Assembly: GCA_963727825.1 (NCBI GenBank)
Contig: CAVSHO010000010.1
Coordinates: 160,001 to 224,000 of the forward strand
Source of the DNA: Ignavibacteriota bacterium
GTDB lineage: Bacteria > Bacteroidota > Ignavibacteria > UBA10030
Length of the DNA stretch: 64,000 bases
Direction of reading: 5' to 3'
This document shows, piece after piece, positions 31,962-41,344 of the stretch. How positions within the stretch are numbered: position 1 is the first letter of the stretch; each line of letters opens with the position of its first letter. The position numbers and the translations under genes are program-made. Below the pieces are notes generated by a model. That model did no database searches, was not told the origin of the DNA, and was given only the letters and a program-made list of their open reading frames with translations.

Positions 31962-33626
31962 ATGGATAAAGATCTCCAATCAATTCAGGAAGCACGCGAT
32001 CTCCTCGCCCGCGCCAAAGAAGCACAACTTGCGTTTAAGAGTTTCACACAGGAAAAAGTCGACAAGATTGTCAAAGCAATGGCTGACGCAGGTTTCAGTG
32101 CAGCGGAAAAACTTGCAAAGATGGCGGTAGAGGAAACCGGCTTCGGTAAAGCGGCAGATAAAAAACTTAAGAATGAATTCGCAACAAGGCGAGTATGGGA
32201 ATCGATCAAAGACCTAAAGACCGTTGGCGTTATTAATGATGATAAAGAGAAACGCATAATTGAAATCGGAGAACCGATGGGCGTGATTGCAGCGCTTATT
32301 CCTTCCACTAATCCAACCTCCACGATGATGTTCAAATCCATCATCGCACTCAAAGGGCGCAATGCCATTGTTGCAAGTCCGCATCCAAAATCAGTTAACT
32401 GCACACTCGAAGCTGCACGCATTATCACACAAGCTGCTGAATCAGCAGGCGCTCCAAAAGGATTGATAAATTGCATGTCAATTCCGACAAACGAAGGCAC
32501 CAGCGAATTAATGAAACACAAACTCACGGCAATTATTCTCGCTACTGGTTCAGATGCGATGGTAAAGGCAGCATATAGTGCGGGCAAACCGGCATACGGT
32601 GTTGGACCTGGAAATGTACCATCATTCATAGAACGCACTGCAAATGTGAAGAAAGCCGTTGCCGATATCATCTTCGGAAAATCATTCGATTGGGGCGTGC
32701 TTTGTTCTACCGAATCCGCAGTTATTCTCGATGCGCCAATTAAGAAATTAGCGATTGAAGAATTCAAACGGCGCGGAGCTTACTTTGCTTCCCCGGAAGA
32801 AAAAGAACGATTATCAAGATTGATGTTTGATCCGCGCGGTACGTTAAATTCGGATGTCGTTGGCAAATCTCCAAAGTTTATTGCGGAAAAAGCCGGCTTT
32901 GATGTTCCGCATGACACAACTTGTATTATCGCAGAAATACCTGCGGTCGGCAAAGAGTATCCACTGTCGCGTGAGAAACTTTCACCTGTACTTTCGATGT
33001 TCACCGTAGACGGTTGGTTGGAAGGATGTCATCGCTGCATTGAAATTCTGGAATTCGGCGGCATAGGCCATTCGATGGTGATTCACTCCAGCGATTCAGA
33101 AGTTATCTTAAAATTTGGATTAGAAAAACCGGCATTTAGAATTCTCGTAAACACCACATCTTCGCTCGGCGCGATCGGTTATACAAACGAATTAATGCCG
33201 TCTCTCACGCTTGGTCCCGGCACTTGGGGCGGATCTATCGTTTCTGAAAATGTTTCTGCAAAGCATTTGATAAACATAAAGCGGCTGACATTTGAAACTC
33301 GTCCAGTCAATCAGCCGGAAAAATTTGGTGGACAACCCGCAGAAGAATTACACAAAGCACCTGCGCCTTTAAAAGTATCTCAACATGCTCCCACTTCTGG
33401 ACCTGCAGCTAAATCGTGGATGGATGAAATTGACGAACGTATTAGATTGAAGGCTGGAAATGTTTTGGCTGAACCGAAAGCATCAACCAATATTCAGCAA
33501 CCAATAGATGTAAAACCGCAGCAGAAGATAGAATCTAAACCTTCAAAACCTTCTGAGTCAAAATTCGGAACGGGCATTAGCGAAGCTGAGGTTGAAAAGA
33601 TTATGATGGAGTTCGAGAAACGTTGA
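31962..33626 (+). CDS. CoA-acylating aldehyde dehydrogenase (EutE/AdhE-N-like) with C-terminal extension
   Basis: MDKDLQSIQE start, PSTNPTST, GVGPGN, catalytic GVLCSTE, EKLSPVL and PSLTLG; about 90-aa Pro/Lys-rich tail. Confidence 0.9.
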   Translation: MDKDLQSIQEARDLLARAKEAQLAFKSFTQEKVDKIVKAMADAGFSAAEKLAKMAVEETGFGKAADKKLKNEFATRRVWESIKDLKTVGVINDDKEKRIIEIGEPMGVIAALIPSTNPTSTMMFKSIIALKGRNAIVASPHPKSVNCTLEAARIITQAAESAGAPKGLINCMSIPTNEGTSELMKHKLTAIILATGSDAMVKAAYSAGKPAYGVGPGNVPSFIERTANVKKAVADIIFGKSFDWGVLCSTESAVILDAPIKKLAIEEFKRRGAYFASPEEKERLSRLMFDPRGTLNSDVVGKSPKFIAEKAGFDVPHDTTCIIAEIPAVGKEYPLSREKLSPVLSMFTVDGWLEGCHRCIEILEFGGIGHSMVIHSSDSEVILKFGLEKPAFRILVNTTSSLGAIGYTNELMPSLTLGPGTWGGSIVSENVSAKHLINIKRLTFETRPVNQPEKFGGQPAEELHKAPAPLKVSQHAPTSGPAAKSWMDEIDERIRLKAGNVLAEPKASTNIQQPIDVKPQQKIESKPSKPSESKFGTGISEAEVEKIMMEFEKR

Positions 33627-33687
33627 CTGGAGATTAAAGATTACTAATAGAAATCTTTCATTTTTCATTTATCATTTTTAATAATCA

Positions 33688-34344
33688 TTGAAACCACTCC
33701 CCCGCTCTTTCTATCTTCGACCGACACTTCAAGTTGCCAGTGACCTTCTTGGCAAACACATCGTTAGGAAAGTGGGCAATAAATTACTGATTGGAAAAAT
33801 TGTTGAAGTTGAGGCTTACTGCAAAGGAGATCCGGCATCTCATGCATTTCACGGAAGAACAAAGCGTAACGACGTAATGTTTGGGGAAGGCGGGCATTTA
33901 TATGTCTATTTCACTTATGGTATGCATTTTTGTGCTAATGTAGTGACAGGAAAAGAAGGTATTGGAGAAGCGGTACTAATTCGTGCCGTAGAACCTTTAG
34001 TTGGAATTGAAGAGATGACAAAGAACCGCTTTCCTAATCTTTGCGCCGAGGGCGCATACGCCCGCCTGCCAAAGTGCAACGGCGGGCAGGCCTCTGGCGT
34101 AAAATCTTTCAATCTCAAAATCTTAATTAATCTCACCAACGGACCAGCAAAGTTTTGTCAAGCATTTAGCATTGTGCGCAAAGAAAATGGGACAGACTTA
34201 CTCGATAGCGAAATCTGTATCACCGATGGTGAAACCATTCTTTCAAATCTCATTAAGCGTTCTTCGCGAATTGGAATTCAACAAGGTGTAGAAAAGAAGT
34301 GGAGATTTTTTATTGCGGAAAATCCGTGGGTTTCAAGAAAATAA
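33688..34344 (+). CDS. mpg: DNA-3-methyladenine glycosylase (MPG/AAG family)
   Basis: IVEVEAY, DPASHA, YVYFTYGMH, AVLIRA, NGPAK and RIGI motifs. Confidence 0.93.
   Translation: MKPLPRSFYLRPTLQVASDLLGKHIVRKVGNKLLIGKIVEVEAYCKGDPASHAFHGRTKRNDVMFGEGGHLYVYFTYGMHFCANVVTGKEGIGEAVLIRAVEPLVGIEEMTKNRFPNLCAEGAYARLPKCNGGQASGVKSFNLKILINLTNGPAKFCQAFSIVRKENGTDLLDSEICITDGETILSNLIKRSSRIGIQQGVEKKWRFFIAENPWVSRK
34042..34101. repeat. Family A element (30 bp) with nested family B element (30 bp), in-frame inside mpg
   Basis: TGCGCCGAGGGCGCATACG[CCCGCCTGCC-N10-GGCGGGCAGG]CCTCTGGCGTA; 60 bp encoding CAEGAYARLPKCNGGQASGV. Confidence 0.8.
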
Positions 34345-34359
34345 AATCCTTACACTTAA

Positions 34360-34583
34360 GTTGGGAGGGAGTTATACTCCCGACCAACGAACTACTTTGA
34401 GTGTTTAGTTCGGGAGAACATCTCCCTCACAGCGAGGCTTTTACATAGTCTTTTGCGTCCTGACCGATATTATTGAATGTCAGGAATCCCGCTTTGCCTG
34501 CCCGCAGCGGGCGGGCGGGACTGACATCACTAATCAACATCTCCCTTACAACCTCTCCGAACGCTTGAAGCGGTCGGAGAGGT
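34360..34583. repeat. Cluster of REP-like palindromes in the mpg/uvrA convergent gap
   Basis: Inverted GGGAG..CTCCCGA / TCGGGAG..CTCCC doublet (34360-34430); TCCCGC-TTT-GCGGGA with nested CCTGCCCGC-A-GCGGGCGGG (34497-34515); ACCTCTCCGA/TCGGAGAGGT (34551-34583). Confidence 0.7.
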
Positions 34584-37492
34584 CACAATTCCTTCTTCAA
34601 ATACTCGCCCGTGTACGATCGTTGATTCATCGCCACTTCTTCCGGTGTTCCTTCAGCAACAATCTCACCCCCTTCATCTCCGCCATTGGGTCCTAAATCA
34701 ATAACCCAGTCCGCGGTTTTGATGACATCGAGATTGTGTTCGATAACGATGACAGTGTTTCCTTTATCAACCAATCTGTTCAACACGAGAAGCAACATAC
34801 GAATATCTTCAAAATGCAAACCCGTTGTCGGTTCATCGAGAATGTATAATGTTTTACCGGTACCGATTTTCGAAAGTTCAGTTGAGAGCTTCACACGCTG
34901 CGCTTCGCCGCCGGAAAGTGTCGTAGCTTGCTGACCCAAACGGATGTAACCCATTCCGACATCATGCAGCGTTTGCAAATGCCGATGAATACGCGGCAGC
35001 TCGCTGAACTGTTCCATCGCTTCATCAACTGTCATATTCAACACATCGGCAATCGATTTTCCTTTGTAGTGCACTTCAAGCGTTTCGCGGTTGTATCTTT
35101 TGCCGTTGCAAACATCGCAATGCACATAAACATCCGGCAAAAAATTCATTTCAATTTTTCTAACTCCATCTCCTTCGCAATTCTCGCAACGCCCGCCTTT
35201 AACATTGAAGCTGAAGCGTCCAGCTTTGTAACCGCGAATCTGTGCCTCGGGCAATTGCGTGAATAAATCCCGTATAAGCGTAAATAGTCCTGTGTAAGTT
35301 GCAGGATTTGATCGCGGCGTTCTGCCGATAGGCGATTGGTCTATATCTATGACTTTATCAATGTGCTGCAATCCATCTATAGATTTATAAGGAAGCGAAA
35401 CAAGTTTCGTCTTGTAAAACTTACGCGAAAGAATCGGATAAAGAGTTTCATTGATAAGAGTAGATTTACCAGAACCACTCACGCCGGTAATACATACGAA
35501 TTTTGCAAGCGGTATTTGCAGAGAAATATTCTTTAGATTGTTGCCCGATGCTCCTTTTATGAGGAGAAACTTTCCATTCCCCCGCCGTCGTTTTTTAGGA
35601 ATTTCGATCTTGTGTTCACCACGAAGATATGCAGCAGTTAAAGATTGCGGATGAGGAATTGGGGATTGGGGATTAGTAATTTGCGATGTGGAACTCGACT
35701 TTAAATTCTTTTTTCTTATCCCATTTTTCATTTTTAATTGATTCGGCGTTCCAGTCACCACAACATACCCGCCATGTTCACCTGCACGCGGCCCCAGGTC
35801 AACAACATAATCAGCGCTTTCAATCATCTCTTTGTCATGTTCGACGACGATGACAGTGTTGCCGAGATTACGGAGTGATTTGAGAGAATCAATCAGCTTG
35901 ATATTATCGCGCTGATGCAAGCCAATGCTCGGCTCATCTAAAATGTAAAGCACGCCGACGAGCTGCGTCCCAATTTGCGTCGCAAGACGAATACGCTGAC
36001 CTTCACCGCCAGCGAGTGTCCGCGCAACACGATTGAGCGTAAGATAACTCAGACCAACATTCAACAGAAATTCTAATCGTTGGCGTATTTCTTTCAATAC
36101 TTGATGAGCAATTTCTTCATCGCGTGAACTGAGCGCAAGGTTATCAAAGAATTGTTTGGCTTGTGAGATGGAGAGACTCACCACATCGTGAATATTAGTT
36201 TGCTTGCCTGTTTTTGAATCTTCTAACCGGATAGAAAGACTTTCCTTGCGCAACCGGCCACCTTTGCATACCTCGCAAGGATTTGTTGCCATAAATGATT
36301 CCACCCAATCGCGCACTTGATTAGAAGATGTGTCTTCGTACCAGCGATCTAACATCTTGAGAAGACCTTCGAAGCGGTGTTTGTAGATTTGCACGCGTCC
36401 GGTTTTATCGTGCGTGTATTCAATTTCCAATTTCTCGCCGTGCGATCCATAGAATAGAACATCGCGCGCTTCAGTGGAAATATTTTTTATAGGCGTATCG
36501 AAATCGAAATTATATTTCTTTGCCACAGCGTTAATCTGACTGAACATCCAAGTCTGACGCGGCTTGCCCATCGGAGCAAGTCCTTCTTGATTGATAGATA
36601 GATCTTCATTGGGAATAATTAATTTCATATCGAACGAACGCAGTTCGCCAAGTCCTTCACACTTTGGGCAATATCCTGCGGGCGTGTTGAATGAAAACGA
36701 GCTCGGCGCCGGTTCTTCATAACTGATTCCGCATTCATGGCATGAAGATTTTTGACTGAACAGCTGGTCCTTTTCGCCATCATTGACAATCAGAACTCCT
36801 TCGCCATAACGCAGTGCCATCTCGACTGAATCGGCAATGCGCGAACGCATTTCCTTTTTTAATACAATTCTGTCAACGACAATTTCAATCGTATGAATTT
36901 TATAGCGGTCGACTTTCATTCCTTTTTCAATTTGTCGTACTTCGTCATCAATCCGAACGCGGAGAAATCCATCTTTAATAATGCGCTCGAATAATTCCCG
37001 ATAATGCCCCTTGCGACCTTTAACGATAGGCGCTAGAATCTGTAGCTTCGAACCATTCGGATAATTAAGAATAGTTTCAATGATTTGGTCAACCGATTGT
37101 CGCTGGACTTTGCGGCCGCAGTTATAGCAGAATTGCGTCCCGACACGTGCGAAGAGTAGACGAAGGTAATCGTAGATTTCTGTAACAGTGCCAACGGTCG
37201 AGCGAGGATTGGTGCTGATTGTTCTTTGTTCAATAGAGATGGACGGACTCAGCCCCTCGATGAGATCAACATCGGGACGTTCCATTACGTCAAGAAATTG
37301 GCGCGCGTATGCAGAAAGACTTTCAACATATCGCCGTTGTCCCTCGGCATAGATTGTATCGAACGCTAAGCTCGATTTCCCCGATCCGGAAAGGCCTGTG
37401 ATAACAGTCAATGAATCGCGAGGAATATCAACATCGATATTCTTTAAATTGTGGACGCGTGCACCGCGAACTATGATTTTGTCTTCAGCCAA
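34583..37492 (-). CDS. uvrA: Excinuclease ABC subunit A
   Basis: GARVHNLKN, two Walker A motifs (GLSGSGKSS, GVSGSGKST), zinc fingers, LSGGEAQR and LDEPTTGLH. Confidence 0.98.
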   Translation of the reverse strand: MAEDKIIVRGARVHNLKNIDVDIPRDSLTVITGLSGSGKSSLAFDTIYAEGQRRYVESLSAYARQFLDVMERPDVDLIEGLSPSISIEQRTISTNPRSTVGTVTEIYDYLRLLFARVGTQFCYNCGRKVQRQSVDQIIETILNYPNGSKLQILAPIVKGRKGHYRELFERIIKDGFLRVRIDDEVRQIEKGMKVDRYKIHTIEIVVDRIVLKKEMRSRIADSVEMALRYGEGVLIVNDGEKDQLFSQKSSCHECGISYEEPAPSSFSFNTPAGYCPKCEGLGELRSFDMKLIIPNEDLSINQEGLAPMGKPRQTWMFSQINAVAKKYNFDFDTPIKNISTEARDVLFYGSHGEKLEIEYTHDKTGRVQIYKHRFEGLLKMLDRWYEDTSSNQVRDWVESFMATNPCEVCKGGRLRKESLSIRLEDSKTGKQTNIHDVVSLSISQAKQFFDNLALSSRDEEIAHQVLKEIRQRLEFLLNVGLSYLTLNRVARTLAGGEGQRIRLATQIGTQLVGVLYILDEPSIGLHQRDNIKLIDSLKSLRNLGNTVIVVEHDKEMIESADYVVDLGPRAGEHGGYVVVTGTPNQLKMKNGIRKKNLKSSSTSQITNPQSPIPHPQSLTAAYLRGEHKIEIPKKRRRGNGKFLLIKGASGNNLKNISLQIPLAKFVCITGVSGSGKSTLINETLYPILSRKFYKTKLVSLPYKSIDGLQHIDKVIDIDQSPIGRTPRSNPATYTGLFTLIRDLFTQLPEAQIRGYKAGRFSFNVKGGRCENCEGDGVRKIEMNFLPDVYVHCDVCNGKRYNRETLEVHYKGKSIADVLNMTVDEAMEQFSELPRIHRHLQTLHDVGMGYIRLGQQATTLSGGEAQRVKLSTELSKIGTGKTLYILDEPTTGLHFEDIRMLLLVLNRLVDKGNTVIVIEHNLDVIKTADWVIDLGPNGGDEGGEIVAEGTPEEVAMNQRSYTGEYLKKEL

Positions 37493-37598
37493 GATATAAT
37501 AAATAAGGATTGGGGATTAATATGATTTGTTGATTTTCAGACAAACAGACATATAAAAATCTCATTTACTCACATACTCACAGACTCTATGACTTCAC

Positions 37599-38495
37599 TC
37601 AATTCATTCTTTTTCGCTTATTTAAATATTCAAACAGAGCCTTGTCGAAAGGAGTGCTCGTATCCAACAGAACATAGTCAATGCTATTGTCGCGACATTG
37701 CCGCTTGTAGAAATCGAGAAACTCTTGCATCGACTGTTGATACGCTTTCTGAATGTGCCACGGTTGTGTCATTAATTCTTCCTGAGTCTCTAAGTCCTTG
37801 AAGATTGCATCTCCGTCAAACGCAAACGATCTCTCCAGCGGATCCAATATTTGCATCACGACAACTTCATGTCCTTTGTGTCGAAAATGTTTTAATGCTG
37901 TCATCACTGATTCCGGTGTATCAAATAGATCACTTAAGACGATAACGAGTCCGCGCCGCTTAATTTGTTCAGCAATAAGATTTAACGATGCCGACGTTCC
38001 AGTTTTATTTTCCGGTTGAGCCGATTCTAATTCTTTCAGAATTTCTTTTAGATACGAGCGTGTGGCACGCGGAGGCAATGAAACGCGAACCCCTTCATCA
38101 AATAATGTCAAGCCCACTGCATCGCGTTGTTCTATCATTAAAAATGATAAAGCAGCAGCAACATACGAGGCATATTCAAACTTTTTTAGATTCCCCTTTG
38201 ATGCATAATCCATCGATCGGCTCACATCAACGATCAGATATGATTTAAGATTTGTCTCTTCCTCAAATTGTTTAATGTAGAAACGGTCGGTTTTTCCGTA
38301 CGCCTTCCAATCGATGTGTTTGATTTCATCACCCGGCATATATTGGCGATGTTCGGTGAATTCAACACTGAAGCCGTGATACGGACTTTTATGCAATCCA
38401 GTGATAAATCCTTCCACCACTAAACGCGCACGCAATTCCATATTCGCAAGCTGGGCAACAACGGCGGGCTGGAGATATTTTAATGATTCGTTCAA
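37599..38495 (-). CDS. DUF58 family (vWA-like, MoxR-associated) protein
   Basis: GLHKSPYHGFSVEF.EHRQY.PGD...IDWK, DVSRSM and SDL motifs. Confidence 0.9.
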   Translation of the reverse strand: MNESLKYLQPAVVAQLANMELRARLVVEGFITGLHKSPYHGFSVEFTEHRQYMPGDEIKHIDWKAYGKTDRFYIKQFEEETNLKSYLIVDVSRSMDYASKGNLKKFEYASYVAAALSFLMIEQRDAVGLTLFDEGVRVSLPPRATRSYLKEILKELESAQPENKTGTSASLNLIAEQIKRRGLVIVLSDLFDTPESVMTALKHFRHKGHEVVVMQILDPLERSFAFDGDAIFKDLETQEELMTQPWHIQKAYQQSMQEFLDFYKRQCRDNSIDYVLLDTSTPFDKALFEYLNKRKRMN

Positions 38496-38576
38496 AACAG
38501 TTTTCAGTTCTCGGCAACCATTTTTTCAATGGATATAAGCTCTGACTAACCTAACTCCTCAATTGCTCAACTACTT

Positions 38577-38627
38577 TACGCCAAAGGTGCATCCCCGCCC
38601 GTCCAACAGGCGGGCACCTATGACGGA
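38577..38627. repeat. Degenerate family A element with nested 21-bp family B element
   Basis: TACGCC-AAA-GGTGCA-TC[CCCGCCCGT-CCA-ACAGGCGGG]CACC-TAT-GACGGA. Confidence 0.7.
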
Positions 38628-38637
38628 AAAGACTCTT

Positions 38638-39156
38638 TTACTTCTTCTTCACCTTCTTTACCGGTTTCGTTTCTTCTTGCGCTATCTGTGTTTGCGCTTT
38701 CAAAATTTCTGCCGGATCTTTTCCGAGATTATTTAGTTCAAACTTGACTGATTCTACCAGCCGGTTTGTAGGATATTTTTTAAGAAAGTCTTCATAAGCG
38801 ATCCGTGCTGAATCGATATTCTTTAATTCATTGTTGTAAACGAATCCTATGAGAAACGATGCATGAGACGCAGTAGCATGATTCGGATATTTTTCTACAA
38901 GGAAGCGAAATGTCTGAATTGCTTGATGATATGAACGTTTATAATTCTGATAAATTATTCCGATAGCATAAACTGCTTCCGGTGTACGAGCGCTGTCAGG
39001 ATAAACTTTGACCAATTCTTGATACGAAGCTATCGCCGCGTCATATTGTTCTGCTTTCTGTGCGTCTACACCTTGATTGAACAACTCTTCCGCGCTGGGT
39101 TTGGAACAACCTATGAGAGTGAGGACAAGGAATATTGAAATTAAATAAGACCTCAT
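38638..39156 (-). CDS. TPR-repeat lipoprotein (BamD/CpoB-like)
   Basis: Lipobox LIGC; three TPR-like units ending in YP.S/N. Confidence 0.85.
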   Translation of the reverse strand: MRSYLISIFLVLTLIGCSKPSAEELFNQGVDAQKAEQYDAAIASYQELVKVYPDSARTPEAVYAIGIIYQNYKRSYHQAIQTFRFLVEKYPNHATASHASFLIGFVYNNELKNIDSARIAYEDFLKKYPTNRLVESVKFELNNLGKDPAEILKAQTQIAQEETKPVKKVKKK

Positions 39157-39293
39157 TGCAGAATCCTTTCTTCTAAGGTACGGAGAATAACTTATATCAA
39201 TCTGTTCTAAGCATTCAATAATTAATTTCATCAGATAACTGAACACTGACGATTAATAGCTATTTTTAAAAGTATTAAAACATCTCTGGAGAA

Positions 39294-40628
39294 TCAACGA
39301 ATGGTATTCTTTTCAAGAATAGCGCAAAAGAAACCATCAGTTCCATTAATATGAGGAAAAAGTTTAAAGAATGTTCCTGCTGTAATCAATTCATTATGCC
39401 ATTTTTCTAATAATCTATTTGCCTCGACCAAACTAAAATCAGGATGTCGCACTATAAATTCTTCCACTACATCTTCATTCTCTTGACTTAGTAATGTGCA
39501 CGTCGCATACGCTATTCTTCCCCCTGGTTTCACAAGCGGTGCAGAGGAACAGAGAATAGATTTTTGCTTATCCGACACTTCATTAACTGTCTGTTCCGTA
39601 ACCATCCATTTCATTCCGGGATTACGGCGAATAGTGCCAAGTCCGCTGCAAGGCGCATCTACAAAAACTATGTCAAAGAAGTTGGAAAATTGTTTAGCCA
39701 AATCTTCAATTGCCTGAATTTCTTGGACACGAATATTCTGCGCTCCGGCACGCTTTATACGTTTGCGTAATTCCTCAAGACGGTAACTATTGATATCTGT
39801 AGCAAAGATTTCTCCACGATTCTTCATCAGTGCGGCAAACTCCAGCGTCTTACCTCCGGCGCCCGCGCATACGTCGAGTAATTTCGCATTCGGTTTCGGA
39901 TCGATGAGAAATGGCAGTAACTGACTTCCCTCATCTTGCACTTCAAACCAGCCATCTTGGAATATTGGAAGAGAAAATACATTTATGCGTTTTGAAAGAT
40001 TCAAACCAAATGGTGACAATGCCGTGCTGGTTGTCTCAATTCCCTGCTTGTTCAATTCGGCCTGACATTGTTCAACAGTCGTCTTCAATGTATTAACACG
40101 CAATGTGATTGGGGCTTGTTCATTAAGACTTGCACATATATTTTCAGCTTCACTCTCATCGTACTGCTCAAATAATTTCTGCACCATCCAATCCGGGAAG
40201 GAATGCTCAATTCCTATTCGTACAACAGCAGATTCGGACGGAATTGTTACCGGTTTCGTAAATATATTTAAAACATGTGCCATCTTTTCTGCAAGCTGTG
40301 TGCTCTTGAGTTTTGATGAGACATCCTCTGGAGCTACATTCTGTATCTTTCCCTGCAAAGATAAATATGCAACAACGAGAAAAAGAGTTTTATCTTCTTC
40401 AAGTAATGCCTCGTTCAATTCAGTCATTGTTGAAGCTACCATTAGTTCGCATTTCCGCAAATGGCGCAAAGTACCGTACATCGTCTCTGCAATAAACTTC
40501 CTGTCATGAGAACCGAGATACTTGTGCGACCGAAAAAATGTATCTATGAGTGCGTCTGCGGGTTTCTTTGAATTCAGAACAATACCGAGCAATTCCTGTG
40601 CATGCCCGATAAGTGATGTCATTTGCAT
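39294..40628 (-). CDS. RsmB/NOP-family RNA cytosine-C5 methyltransferase
   Basis: LRVNTLK, VQDEGSQ, DVCAGAGGKT, VDAPCSG and ATCT motifs. Confidence 0.93.
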   Translation of the reverse strand: MQMTSLIGHAQELLGIVLNSKKPADALIDTFFRSHKYLGSHDRKFIAETMYGTLRHLRKCELMVASTMTELNEALLEEDKTLFLVVAYLSLQGKIQNVAPEDVSSKLKSTQLAEKMAHVLNIFTKPVTIPSESAVVRIGIEHSFPDWMVQKLFEQYDESEAENICASLNEQAPITLRVNTLKTTVEQCQAELNKQGIETTSTALSPFGLNLSKRINVFSLPIFQDGWFEVQDEGSQLLPFLIDPKPNAKLLDVCAGAGGKTLEFAALMKNRGEIFATDINSYRLEELRKRIKRAGAQNIRVQEIQAIEDLAKQFSNFFDIVFVDAPCSGLGTIRRNPGMKWMVTEQTVNEVSDKQKSILCSSAPLVKPGGRIAYATCTLLSQENEDVVEEFIVRHPDFSLVEANRLLEKWHNELITAGTFFKLFPHINGTDGFFCAILEKNTIR

Positions 40629-40904
40629 AGTTTTTCCAGCCAACCCGATTTTTCTGCGTAACCCATTTGTATTATTATCTTCATTTCACTTATAAGATAC
40701 ATCTTTTTGTCAATGGATGCGTGCTTCTTTAGACATTAAGTCATAAAGAAGATTTGTTTGATTTGCTTATTGTTAACCACAAGATCAAATTCATCTAGGG
40801 GTATAAAAAATCCTTCCCCAGTAACAATCTGAAGAAGGATATAAAATATTGAGTCCAGTCTAAATAATTATTTCGATTTCAATTCACCGGGCTTTTTCAG
40901 TGCA

Positions 40905-41219
40905 TTATTTTTTTACGCTGTCGACTTTCGCTTTTTCATTTGTTTTTGTTTCTTCCGCTTTCACTTTCGCCTTTGCTTTTACTCCTTCCGCCTTCACTTT
41001 CACCTTTGTTTTTACCCCTTCCGTTTTCACTTCAGTTGTATCTTTTGCGGTTGTCACTTTTGCCTCCGTCTTGATCCCTTCCTCTTTCACTTTTGACTTT
41101 GTTTTTACTTTTTCTATTTTTGTTTTAAGCGTATCTTTTACTGTTGACGCCCGCATTTGTGTGAAAACTAATCCCGCAACAAAGAAACAGAGACTGAATA
41201 ACACGAGTATTCTTTTCAT
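40905..41219 (-). CDS. Small exported Lys-rich low-complexity protein
   Basis: AAGGAG RBS, signal peptide MKRILVLFSLCFFVAG, KVKxEG repeats; terminator-like hairpin near 40805-40840. Confidence 0.75.
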   Translation of the reverse strand: MKRILVLFSLCFFVAGLVFTQMRASTVKDTLKTKIEKVKTKSKVKEEGIKTEAKVTTAKDTTEVKTEGVKTKVKVKAEGVKAKAKVKAEETKTNEKAKVDSVKK

Positions 41220-41344
41220 TTTATTTCTCCTTTGTTGTTGATAGATAGAATTATTTGAATTACTACGTGAATGTTGTAATTATTTTATCAAAACTCAATT
41301 AGTATTATATAAGTACCTTGAAAATGTCCAATAAATAGAAATAT

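Noticed and set aside
31985-32767. 260-aa minus-strand ORF
   Set aside because: Antisense shadow of the aldehyde dehydrogenase with no motifs; the same applies to the many short antisense ORFs over housekeeping genes.
40900-41241. Phe/Thr/Val-rich plus-strand ORF
   Set aside because: Mirror of the Lys-rich minus-strand gene, which has the RBS and signal peptide.
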